Source: Octopus sinensis
Taxonomy: Eukaryota
Reading direction: 5' to 3'
Length of the DNA stretch: 17,519 nt
Assembly: GCF_006345805.1 (NCBI RefSeq)
Contig: NW_021824824.1
Location: forward strand, 1 to 17,519
Shown here: piece after piece, positions 1 to 13,148 of the stretch
Position numbering within the stretch: position 1 is the stretch's first letter
Layout of the letters: every line of letters begins with the position of its first letter
Position numbers and translations under genes: made by a program
The notes under the pieces: model-generated
What the model was told of the DNA's origin: nothing
Databases searched by the model: none
What the model saw: only the letters and a program-made list of their open reading frames with translations

Positions 1-935
1 TCTTTAAACTCAATCGTTTTAATCTCCATCTAATATTCAAGTAATTTGGGGAAATGAGATAAAATCCCATAATCTGCATCATCTACAAACAAGCATAGTT
101 TTTTCTCAAATAAGACAATTTCCTACAAGATAAATAATGCAATATTTCCAGTTCCTTGTAGTTTTAAATTTAATTAATTAAGTTTTTAGCATAGATCGGT
201 CATAAAATATAGCTTCTGTAACCATAATTTTTGGTCAATTCTTGATATTCAATTCCTTTGCACCAAGAAAATATCGAATCTCTTCAATAAAGGATGTGAA
301 CGAATTAAGAATTTCCCACCTGGAAAGCCATCTTACTTTATTGTACTGAAGAAGATCAATATTTTCTGAATTAGTTTTAATTAACAAATCTTTACTCTAT
401 GGTTAAGTCCCTTTTATTTTGTTAATAAAAGCTTCGGCTATGTTTTCACAACTGGTGTAGCCTTTAAGATGTAAGAATGACATAAATTCTTCTCTGAAAA
501 AACGCTTATTAATATATTATTAAAACAATTTACCATATCTTTTTTGTTTTCAAATTCTGGGAAGATTTCGTCAGCTGCTTTAATAAAACACGTTTTTATA
601 TACTTTCCGTCAAAAGGTTTCCCCCTTTTAGCGATTTTGTAACTGATAATAAAGCTGGCAATAGTAGAAGTCTTTAATAACTGTCTTAAATTTTTAAACG
701 TTGACGTGAAACATCCAACATTTCTTTTAAGTTCATCAACAGCTTTTTTCGAATATCACTAGAAGAATAATTTTTTCAAAATTCACCATGTTTGAAATTA
801 AAATGTCTTTCCAAGTTGGAAAATCTCTTGACATATGAGACACGTAGGTAAGTTTTTAGAATTTATGACAAATGCAAACACTTTAGTCCAATTGAATTGA
901 AAAAACGAGTCTTCTACTTCATTTTATTATTATTA
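1..935 (-). mobile_element. Decayed, internally deleted hAT transposase (Buster/SPIN/GTF2IRD2-like); continues past the window start
   Basis: Minus-strand translation across frameshifts gives FQFNWTKVFAFVINSKNLPTCLICQE (BED-finger start), KGKPF-DGKYIKTCFIKAADEIFPEFENKK, FLHLKGYTSCENIAEAF and QYNKVRWLSR (about 320-345). The TDGA and HC..H segments are missing, so there are internal deletions. Confidence 0.85.
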
Positions 936-1270
936 GAAATCATAAAAATGAAAACGTGTGAAATCAATTGTAAAAATTTATAAGATTTAATTTTAAAATG
1001 ATTATTTAAATATATGTAAATAAGTTTAAAAAAGCCACATAAATATAAGATAGAAAAAGATCCGCTTTTAAAATTATTTTATTGTACCAAATGAAAAAAA
1101 ATGTTTAATGTGAATATTTCCCTATAAGAAAAAAACCACTGGTACTCTCTTATTATCCAAAAATAATTATTTTAGTGAAACATTTGAAATCATTATTTAA
1201 TTTTATTAAAATCAATTAAATTTAATTTTAGTTCTTTAACATTAGCGGGTATATAACATCGAGTCTCGTG

Positions 1271-3912
<2,642 letters not shown>

Positions 3913-3985
3913 TTGTTTTTTAATTATTTTCTTAATAAGTGCCAATCATTATCTTTTCTAACCGTTATCATCGATTGATCCGATC

Positions 3986-6519
3986 CTACTTTAAGTTGTG
4001 AGACGCAGCATCTTGCAGAAACAAAAGCTCCCCTCCCAAGTTGCTCCATAGGACCTTCGGGGCGTGTATGGCAAATTTTTAACGGAGCGAAGAGAAGACC
4101 ATGACAGCGGATAGATTGGCGGTTGTATGCTCATCACATGGCAAATGGGGCAAAAGGGGGAGATCGAGATGTCCATTTTGTGTGCATAGTGGTTTAATGA
4201 GGAGTGATGACCAGAACGGAAACGAGCCAAGTTTGTCTGAGCCAAACAGTCGAGAAGCAATTCAGAACAGTGAACGTCAGGAGGAGATTTATTGAGTACA
4301 GAGTTAGGCGTCAGCTTAAGAATAGCTGATGTGGATATCAAATTGTGAATTTTCCTCATCGGGTATGGACATTGGTGCAAGCCGTCGATTTTTGCAAGGA
4401 TCCGGGAATATAGATTCGCCGGCGTGTTCTTCACTGAACGAGAATTTCCGTTTAGCACATTTAGAGGAGAACATGGATGATAGGGAATTCGAGATGCAAA
4501 TAAAAATTGCGCTCCTCTCATATTTAGATGATTTTCAATTGGCAAAAGGTTTGTTTCACAGTTGAGGTTATCAATTTGGGTTGATTTCAGACACCAAGAT
4601 ATTGTGCGCATGGTTTTGTTTTGTACTGATTGAAGTGCCATTGTCGAGTTTATGGATAGACAGAGCGCCCAGCTTGGACTCGCATAACTTAATACGGGCC
4701 GTATGTATTGTTTGTAAACTCGTCTGAGGAGTGGCTTCTGGGCGCCTGTAATGTGACCACTTATTGCTTTTAGTATGTTTGTGCGTCTGTTTGCCTTGTC
4801 AGAAATGTTAGAGACATGCTTGTTGAAGGACATAGTTGGATCAAAAGTAAGTCCGAGGATAGTAGGGGTTTTGCATTGTGGGAGGTCAGAACCAAAGAGA
4901 GATAACTTCGGGTGAAGGTTTGATTGTCTTCTGTCGGAAGAAAATAGGTGACCGATAATTTTGAGGGCGAAGCCTCGAGTCTGTTTTAAATGAACCAAAT
5001 CTCAACGGAGTATAATTGTTGCTGGATGTTGAGAGAGGCTGATATGTAATCTGCGTGTTTAGAAGCAATGATAATGTCATCTGCGTAAGATAAAGTCAAG
5101 TTGTTTGCGTCATTAGCCGGAAAGCCATGTAAATATAAGTTGAACAGAGAAGGGGACAACACAGAACCCTGCGGTACCCCATTTGGAAGATAGCGTTGTT
5201 TTGAACAATGGTCCATAAAGGAGACGTATCCCATTCGACCCGATAAGAAGTTTGCAAGCCAGGATTTGAGGTTTGAGTTTAGGTCTGTCTTTAAAATGTT
5301 GTTTATGAGTCCACACAGAGGGACGCTGTCAAACGACTTTGAGACATCGATTGAAACTAGTACTGTTCGTTTTGGGGGTTTCTTCTCATTGAAGCCGTCC
5401 AGCACAGATTGCGAATTTAGATTCCTCAGTTTTATAAAGGACACAGCAGATTGTCCATTTTCCCGTTTCGAATTGTTACGAGTCTTTATAAGGGCGTTTA
5501 CTTCGTGGCTGTAACTTTGGGAGAAATTTTATATAATTCCTTGAGGAATGAATTTTTTGGAGGTGGAGATGATCAGATAATTGACTGTTGCATCAGTCGA
5601 ACGAAAGTTGATAATGTCGAAATCATTCAATGATTTTTCTAGAGCGAGACAGTAGTCGTTCCAGGAAGCTCTTTTGTAATTCGTATAACAACGCCGTTGA
5701 ATGTCGATGTTGGATTTTAGGGCATTCTCAATAATAATCGGGTTGTGATCAGAATTTAAGTCGTAAATGACCTTCCAAGAAGTAACAGGGGCCAGAATTG
5801 GAGTACACAGCGGATGTCAGGAGAAGAAATTGCGTCGCCTTTCCTTGACGGTATTCTGGTGTGAGATGAGGGATTGTTGAGGATGACTAAACCATCAAAT
5901 TGGTCGAATAGTAGAGATCCTCTTGAGTTGAGAGATTGATTTTTTAGCCATATCGGGCTCTTTGCGTTCATATCACCACAAATAACGACATTGTTGAGAG
6001 ACTGGAGGTTTTGAATAGAAGGGGTCCATCCATGAGGACATGACGAGTGAGGAGGTATGTATACATTGAGAGTCTCCTAGTTGATGACCCTGTAGAGACA
6101 GTTATAGCTGTCATTTCAATCACTTGATCGTTGCCAATTAGCGAGTAAGCTTGGGAGGTACAGTTAGTGAACGGGATGGATTTTTTGATAAGAGTTAGTA
6201 GGCCACCTCCATTTACAGAGCTCGGTCTGTCCCGACGGATGTATGAATAACCAGGGAAATCTGGCAAGCGATTTTTGCCGAGAGCTTTGTTTCTTGCACC
6301 AAAGCAATGTCCACGTCGTGCTTCTCCAGGAAGGAATAAAGTTCAGCAGTCTTCTGAGCAAGATACGTAATAGGTTCTTTTTGCTGGGGCCAGGATTTGG
6401 TTCAATGTCTCCGGAAAGGAGAAGGGTGAGTTTGATAAGCAAAGAGGTCCTTGGGAGCAACGGTTTCGCGCCTGCTCTGCTGCCACCGACGTCGCAGAAT
6501 CGATCCGATCAGGCAGGGG
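3986..6519 (-). mobile_element. Non-LTR retrotransposon, Vingi/Ingi-like (2A - APE endonuclease - RT - C-terminal Cys/His region, no RNase H seen); defective copy
   Basis: APE: ELYSFLEKHDVDIALVQETKL, GYSYIRRDR...GGGLLTLIK, GDMNAKSPIW, SPDI, SDH (5745-5753). RT: LVSIDVSKSFDSV, GVPQGSVLSPSLFNLY, YADD, LGLTFD. Post-RT: VYKQYIRPVLSYASPSW, LARFRSGHH...CPIC. The copy has frameshifts and deletions. The clade call is an inference from the single 2A-led ORF and the lack of RNase H. Both ends are approximate. Confidence 0.9.
6386..6430 (-). other. 2A-like (StopGo) ribosome-skipping peptide at the N-terminus of the LINE ORF
   Basis: Translation LTLLLSGDIEPNPG|P matches the D-[V/I]-E-x-N-P-G-P consensus and is preceded by a Leu-rich stretch. 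Asp codon at 6409-6407, final Pro at 6388-6386. Confidence 0.9.
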
Positions 6520-7229
6520 AGTAGTTGTAGGTCTTTTCGTAGTATAAAACTATCATCTGTCACGGCAAGAAGGTGACTTACATCGACAGATTTTTCGTAT
6601 AAGCCAAAGAAGTCAAGATAACTTTGGACACGGAAAAGGAATCGATGTATGCTATGTCTTTTTTTGTCTTTTCTCAATTTTTTTATTCCGTCTTTTCTCA
6701 TTTTTCATATAGTGTCGACAGTGCTCGAAGTCTAACATATGTTAAGACTCCAATTTGCATTTTTTTGATTTTGAATTTTTTCTTTAAATCAGCTACTTTC
6801 TGTAACATGGACGACATCCTTTTAGTTTTCAATATTCTCAAGAAGGTCTTTTTAGTTTCTCTTATGTTGGATGCTATTTGATTTTTATTAAGGTTTTTTG
6901 TTTCAGTAGCTCTTCAGAATAATAAATCAAAATAAATTTTTTAATTTCATTTGGATTGTAAATATCGGCCTTGGATAATATTTCTTAAACTTTTTTTTCT
7001 TAAACTATGATCAAATTTACTAACGGTGTGATTGTATCTGATTTTTTAGAAGTTTAAACAATTTTTGATCGTTTTTGTAAGTTTTGAAGATGTTTTCGAT
7101 ATCAAGTTTTGTGCACATTTTGGCAATTTTGAATGGGGAGTTCAAATTGAAAAATCATTCTAGTTTTACGACTATTAGAAATGCCAACGTCCAGCATGTG
7201 AAATGACATTTTTCACTTAGGCGTTGGCC

Positions 7230-8150
7230 AACTAATGAAAATATTTGCATTGATAATTCTGTCGACAAACGCAGAAAAAAGCATATTAGTGTTTCCAGTT
7301 TAGTCCAAAAAATTTAGTCTACTCTGTTTATTTAGTCTACTCTGTTTTAAACTGCTGTTCAGTGCGACTGAATATAGTTAGATATTTGATATTTAAGGCA
7401 TTGTAAATTTGGAGACCTTATGTATTTGTATAATATTGATTGAGAGTTACCAGAAAATGAACAGACAGCTTTATCTATTGAATTGACACTCTGAGAGTAA
7501 TACAGACATGTTCTTTGAAGAGATTTTGCTGAGGAAATTTACATGACGATTTTTACCAAAGAGTTTTGGACCTCCCGAAACTGTAGTACCTTAAATCAAA
7601 ATTTTCAAGTTCGGATGCGTTTTTAATAACTAAAGAGAGATTTTCATTTTTGTGTTTTACTTGTACACACTCAGTTTTAGTTGGATTAGAAGGTTAGAAG
7701 TCTTTTGATCACGCTGAAAGAATGTTTTTCGACATAATGTCCTGGATTTAGGTACTCTTAGAGTTGTTTTCCTCTATTACGAAAGGCTATAATGTCTTTA
7801 CAATAAAACTTAAACAGTGATGTTTTGTGGTGAAGAGAAAGAATCAAGTTTCAGAAGTAGCAGCTGTGTTGGAACTTCTTCGTTTACAAAGTTGGATTTA
7901 TTTTTTAAACGGAATAAGGAGGATAAAAACATTCTCGATAGAAAACTTCCTAAAGATACCTAAATATTTTACAAAGTCTCAAGAAATCTTATTGGATTAG
8001 CAAAACTTGTCATTATCGAGGCTTATTATTATAGCACTTCCAGTAGGAACATGAACAGAATAAATCATATTCTCATGCGTGCCACACACGTACGATACGA
8101 CCTTCTTAACCTTCCGCGGTTTTGTGCCTTTTCGCAAAATTCGTCCAAAT
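7230..8150 (-). mobile_element. Highly degenerate LINE reverse-transcriptase remnant
   Basis: Motif relics in RT order with roughly the expected spacing: SAIIISLDNDKF (about 8015-8030), EEVPTQ, YCKD in place of YADD (7794-7805), NPTKTEC (7673-7687), LRYY, RHVNFLSKISSK (about 7545), LFSAFVDRII...W. Many stops and frameshifts. Confidence 0.5.
7312..7347. repeat. Perfect 18-bp tandem duplication
   Basis: ATTTAGTCTACTCTGTTT at 7312-7329 and 7330-7347. Confidence 0.9.
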
Positions 8151-9084
8151 CATAACAGTTGTTTAGAGTTTTCTTCGCGCAAATTAGATCATGTTGCAGA
8201 ACAGCCGGTCCTGTTGTTCGGAGTCGTTCACGAAATTTTGGTCTATCTGAAAGAAAGTATTCTTCCATGACCTTATAGGCAGGTGGAGTTGGCTTCATTC
8301 TTAGGATGTTTAAAAGAGAATTGAGAGCATCTCAGAGACACAAAAGCGTATTTTCTCTCTCTTTCGAATGTTCATTAAACCACAAAAGGCATACTAACAT
8401 ACAGGCATACCACAAAAGGCATGTAGATGAAAACGAAACAGAAAATACAAATACAAAGAAATGACAAAAGAAGAATAAAGAAATTAACTTAAAAGATGAC
8501 CGAGAGAATCAGAAGAATAAGCAAAATAATAATTTAAAATTCTGAAAATGGCACAAGAAAATGAGGTGGAAAACTTGATTTTTTTAATTGGACTTTTATG
8601 TTGAGTAATTTAAAGCATTTGAACAGTAATATTGTCGTTAAACTGATTTTATTCTGGACTAAAAGTCAGCAAATATTTTTGGAGAATAGCCAATTTTTTA
8701 TATTCTCAAAAATTTCAACAAATCGAAAAGACAGCTTTTACCACCTGTCTAAATCAAAAATTCAATAATAATTAAGAATTCATTTTAAAAATAAAATTTA
8801 TGAGTCTCATTAATGAGAAATGTGATTCCTTATTTTTTTAGAGAGTTGTCTAATGTTTAGGTCGCAACTAGTCAATTTTAATTTGAGATTTGATTTTAGA
8901 TTTAGTCTGTAATATTGTTTTTTAAGCGTCACCGATTTTTGTCTGGACGCGGCATCTGCTCGGACCGCAAACGTATTTTCAAATAAAAATATATAAAATA
9001 GTTTATTAACAGTCATAAATACATATTTATTAATTATTTTTAAAAAGAATATTACTGTTATAAAATTAAATTGGCACGTGAAAA

Positions 9085-9752
9085 ATGGGTCTACTGGTTT
9101 TGACTAGAGATACTTTGTCAAAAATCAAAAAATACAAAGAATCCCAGAATTTGGATGAAGTTTTGGATAAGAAGGAGAGATATAAAGTCAAACAACATGC
9201 AGAAACCTTTTCTTTTGCTGATGGAAAAGCTTATATACGAAGAAATGGCCTAAAACTACGATTTTTTGTATTGAAGACGCAGAACTAAAATTACTAATGA
9301 TTGAAGTACTGGTTTTATCATCTAAAAATAGTCCGAGCATAATTCTAATCATTTTGGAAGAGATCGAATGATTAGTCATCTGAAGACAAGGATCTATGGT
9401 GTTAGTCGTTCTGAAATAATGCAAGTTATCAATAACTGCGTCTTTTGTCAGGTAAAAACATTAAAATTTATTTATAGTCCAAAAAATTAATGAATAACAA
9501 ACGGAAATGGAAATTCGACGAAAACGACATTAAGGTTGTTTATCACGTGTTATAATGCGGATTAAGGTGGGGGATAATGTTCTATTACGGCAAGATATTG
9601 ATGCTAAAAATAGACATTATCCATTATATGATCAAATTGATACGAAAAAATATAAAGTTATTGCTAAAGAAAATATGAATTTTGATATTCAAGATGAAGA
9701 AGGATCTGTCATAAAAAGAACAAATATTGCGAGACTTTATAAAATTAATTAG
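9085..9752 (+). mobile_element. Ginger/GIN-like (KRBA2/SCAND3-type) integrase-family transposase remnant lacking the DDE core, with two 26-nt introns
   Basis: Removing GT-AG segments 9306-9331 and 9452-9477 and correcting one T-run frameshift (about 9265) gives ...MIE/SEHNSNHFGRDRMISHLKTRIYGVSRSEIMQVINNCVFCQ/SKKL, an H-x3-H-x28-C-x2-C integrase zinc finger. The C-terminal piece is IKVGDNVLLRQD. No rve core lies between them, and no TIRs were found. Confidence 0.7.
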
Positions 9753-9840
9753 TGTTTTTGTTTATAAAAAATAATTCTTAATAAGATTCTTTAGGTACTA
9801 ATCAAAGAATCATTATTTTATGATTAAAGTTGGAAATAGA

Positions 9841-9915
9841 TTAGGGTTCGGCCTTGTGTTAAAATAAGGGTTAAGTATAGGTTGGGGATAGGGATAAGGT
9901 TAAATTTAGGTTAGC
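9841..9915. repeat. Degenerate G-rich (TTAGGG/GGTTA-like) tract
   Basis: ttagggttc...taagggttaagtataggttggggatagggataaggttaaatttaggttag is strand-biased but not a regular array. Confidence 0.4.
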
Positions 9916-10329
9916 TTTTGGGATAAAGTTGAGATTTTATCACGCGACAAAAATAAAAATGTATTTTTATCACGGAATAATACTTTTTGTATTTTTTTAT
10001 TTAAAAAAATGCAGTCATAGAGAGACGTGCGGGATAATAAAAATTAATAGGTCGACTTAAAGTAATGTTTCTAGGACCAACTCGACTTGGTCATGGCCAA
10101 ATACATTGCAAGGTGGTGCAGTTTGGACAAAGGACTCTCTTCGAATTTAATGGATAACCAAACAGCAGAGAACTTATATGTCGTTTGGAGATTGAGTACA
10201 TTGAGCAATTCTTACTTGACTCGTTTTTTGGCTGTCTTCATCTTTTTTTCATCAAACGTGGGTCCAATTAGATAGATATCGCGTCCCCCGAAGAGCAGAA
10301 ATATTAAACACTTTTATCAAAAAAACCAA

Positions 10330-10935
10330 ATGCCAAAAGAGAAACTTTCCCATACCCTGAAAAGACCGAAACAAACAAAGATCTAACCAACATACGGTTA
10401 AAAATTATGTGGTTTCAGTTGTTCAGACAAATTGGACCTGTAATATAGAACAGAGCATTGATAATAATAATTTTTAAACATCTTGGCATCTTTTATTTTT
10501 AAATCACCAAAGAAGAAGTCTCCACGTGCATCAGCTTGTATGCCGAAGAAACCATTCATTCTCAGAACTCTATCTAGCTTATGAAAAAACGGGTCACACC
10601 CGGTACTGGCGAATATCTACCGCCAATACTTTGAACCATCAATTGCCTACGCCTGCGGATCATGGGGTCCGCGGCATTGAAAATAATAATTTTTAAACAT
10701 CTTAAATCTTTTATTTTCAAATCACCAAAGAAGAAGTCTCCAAGTGCATCAGCTTGTATGCCGAAGAAAGCATTCATTCAATTGAACTCTATCCAAAACT
10801 CTATCGGAACTCTATCCAGCTTATGAAAAAACGGGTCGAATATCTACCGCCAATACTTCGAACCATCAATTGCCTACGCCTACAGGAGGCGAATCGAGGA
10901 GGCCCAACAAAGGGCCCACAGATTAACCAATCGAT
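10330..10935 (+). mobile_element. Degenerate LINE remnant (RT thumb and post-RT region) containing an approximately 219-bp tandem duplication
   Basis: Relics PEKTE, FKHLGI...HVHQLV, ILRTLSS, ANIYRQYFEPSIAYACGSW (compare VYKQYIRPVLSYASPSW in the 3986-6519 element) and RIEEAQQRAHRL. Copies at 10455-10673 and 10674-10881. Confidence 0.65.
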
Positions 10936-11796
10936 AGGTGACCTTTCTGTCGAGTAGCTGTCCTAAAAGAAGAAAAAACATTAATTAAAGATAAGTATTG
11001 GACTTAATTACATTCATGCTTTGAAATTAGAATAAGAGTTTTGATGATCATTTTGAAGTCCGGACTTCAGTTCCAGATTCAAATCTTTTTCTTGGCCTAG
11101 TTTTAGTGGAAGTTCGCCAATTCTGAAATTCGCAAAAATTTTTCAAAATTTTTAAAAAAGAAATATTTTGTATAGACCATCGCAATACCGATTTTTTGTA
11201 AGAAAAGTACCGTTTTCCCAAGAATTCTCTTTTTTAAAAACGAAAGATTGTCAGATCGTTTTTGTCCTGACATTAAAAGTCTCGAAAAGTCAAAAATTTT
11301 AAAAACTCGATATAATTGATTTGAAATTTCTAAAAATGAATTGATGATTCAATTGTTTTAGCACATTTTCTGTGCCAAATTATTTTTTGGTCTTTAAAAT
11401 AGAGGCCTTTCCTTTTTATGCCCCGAAACCACTCATGGTCGAATTTACATAGAAGGATATGCTTTTTGATGTGATATGAAATTTGAGTTTATGGATTACT
11501 ATCCATATGGCCATGCGGCCACTTTTGTTTACTATTAAATTACAAGTAAAAACCTAATCAATGACAGTTTTAGTCTGCTATAATATTTTAATTGATTCGT
11601 CAATCATTAGTTAATTCTGGCAAATGAGCTGTTTTTATTTCTAATTAAAATCTTTCGTATGTTTTTATCACATTTTTCCATTCATCAGTGACGTTTAATT
11701 CTGGTCTAATATTAGAATAAAAATTTCTTTTCTGTATTTTCCGTTTGTGACTACTTACCTTCTATTTACAATCGACTAACTACTTAAGACTTAAGT

Positions 11797-13148
11797 AGAA
11801 TTTTTATTTTCCTATTCGCTTGAATCGACCACTAAAGGAGAAGATATTTTTCAAGCAATTTCTATGTTTTTTGACAGGGTTGGATTATCTTGGAATAATG
11901 TATGTTGTTGCACAACCGATGGAGCTCCAGCAATGCTTGGCTTTCATTCTGGCTTTAGAGGCCAAGTTAGGCTTGCTAACCAAGAAACGAAACATATGCA
12001 TTGTATGCTACATCGATATGCACTTGCTGCAAAAACATTACCTTCAGATTTAAGATATGTTCTCGATGATGTCGTACATATCATAAATTATATTAAAAAG
12101 AGTGCTTTAAATTCGCGCATTTTCAGACTTATTTGCGAAGAATTTGAAAAGGATGGAAAGGCTTTGTTATTCCACACTGAGGTGAGATGGCTATCTTGGG
12201 GAAACATTCTTGCCAGAGTTTTTTCTTTGAGGAATGAATTATCTGAATATTTTATTCGCGAAAACAATTCCAAATCATCGGAATTTATTTCGAAATTAAT
12301 GGATAGTTCATAGCTATCTAAACTTGCTTACTTGAGAGATGTCTTCTCTCGTATAAATTCACTCAACAAATCGCTTCAGGAAAGACATGAAACAATAATT
12401 GATTTTGTGGATAAAATTAAGTTTGTTAACTGTTTCATATTAATTATTAGTGCTTTTTTGATGAAGTTAACACTGTGGAAAGAAAAAGTAAAACTAAATA
12501 ATTTTACTAGTTTAAATCTTTTGAAGAACAATCTGTAAATATAGATGCATTTGAAATCAAAAAAATAACCGAACTTATTTATGCACATTTAACATATCTT
12601 CAACAAGAAGTAAATAAATACTTTCCAGAATTGAACGAAATTGATTTGAAATTCATTCGTACACCATTCAGTGTTGATCCACGTTTGGTCGATGAAAATA
12701 TCGAAGAGGCTTATATTGACATGATCAATAATTCAAACGCAAGAGATTTGTATGAAAAACTTGCTTTATCAATTTTGGTGCGAAATGTGTAAGCATTATC
12801 CTTCCGTAAGCGCAAATGCATTAAATTTGTTGCTATATTCCCGACAACATATTTATGGCGAACATGGCTTCTCAGCACTTCTCAATATAAAAATAATCAT
12901 CGCGCAAGACTGAATATTGAAGATGACATCAGGGTTTGCTTGTCGACAACCGAGCCTCTTATTGAAAAAATTGCCTCGAAAAAACAATATCAACCTTCTC
13001 ACTAATTTTCTTTATTGATTTAATAATAAATTTTGTTTTTAGATAAGTAAAATTTTTTTGACAAAAAACTTAATAAATATGTAGGGGGTCCGCGAAATTT
13101 TTCATTTACTCACAAGGGGTCCGCAAACAAAAAAGGTTAAGAACACTG
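11797..13148 (+). mobile_element. 5'-truncated Buster-type hAT element with intact right end
   Basis: TTKGEDIF, TTDGAPAMLG, HCMLHRYALAAK, HTEVRWLS, LAYLRDVF, FPTTY...EHGFS, YQPSH* (stop 13003-13005). Nonsense TAG at 12311-12313 where W is expected. Right TIR ...aaggttaagaacactg ends at 13148, with two GGGGTCCGC subterminal motifs. It is followed by the 8-mer ACTTAAGT (nnnTAnnn). Confidence 0.93.

Noticed and set aside
1122-1149. AAAAAACCACTG ending at 1141 as the left TIR of the first hAT element
   Set aside because: It begins CAGTGGTT on the minus strand, but the partner end is outside the window, there are no subterminal motifs, and the flanking 8-mer lacks a central TA. It is possible but unsupported.
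6525-6541. 17-nt inverted match TTGTAGGTCTTTTCGTA to 16292-16308 in the Buster ORF
   Set aside because: It does not extend on either side. One such match in an AT-rich 17.5-kb window is not convincingly beyond chance.
6402-6881. ORFs 6402-6701 (-) and 6624-6881 (+) as host genes
   Set aside because: They have no recognisable motifs, low complexity, and overlap the LINE leader. The region may be the tail of the degenerate LINE.
8379-8422. 14-bp direct repeat ACCACAAAAGGCAT (8379-8392, 8409-8422)
   Set aside because: Only two copies with a 16-nt spacer and no associated element or array. It is not CRISPR-like.
9841-9915. Interstitial telomere
   Set aside because: Only one exact TTAGGG and no periodic array. 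It is more likely a TE subterminal tract.
10664-10672. GGGGTCCGC as the missing left end of the 11797-13148 Buster element
   Set aside because: It lies within LINE-derived codons (SWGPR), and no CAGTG TIR is nearby.
11054-11069. Perfect 16-bp palindrome TGAAGTCCGGACTTCA
   Set aside because: It is isolated, with no context linking it to a Helitron end, terminator or TIR.
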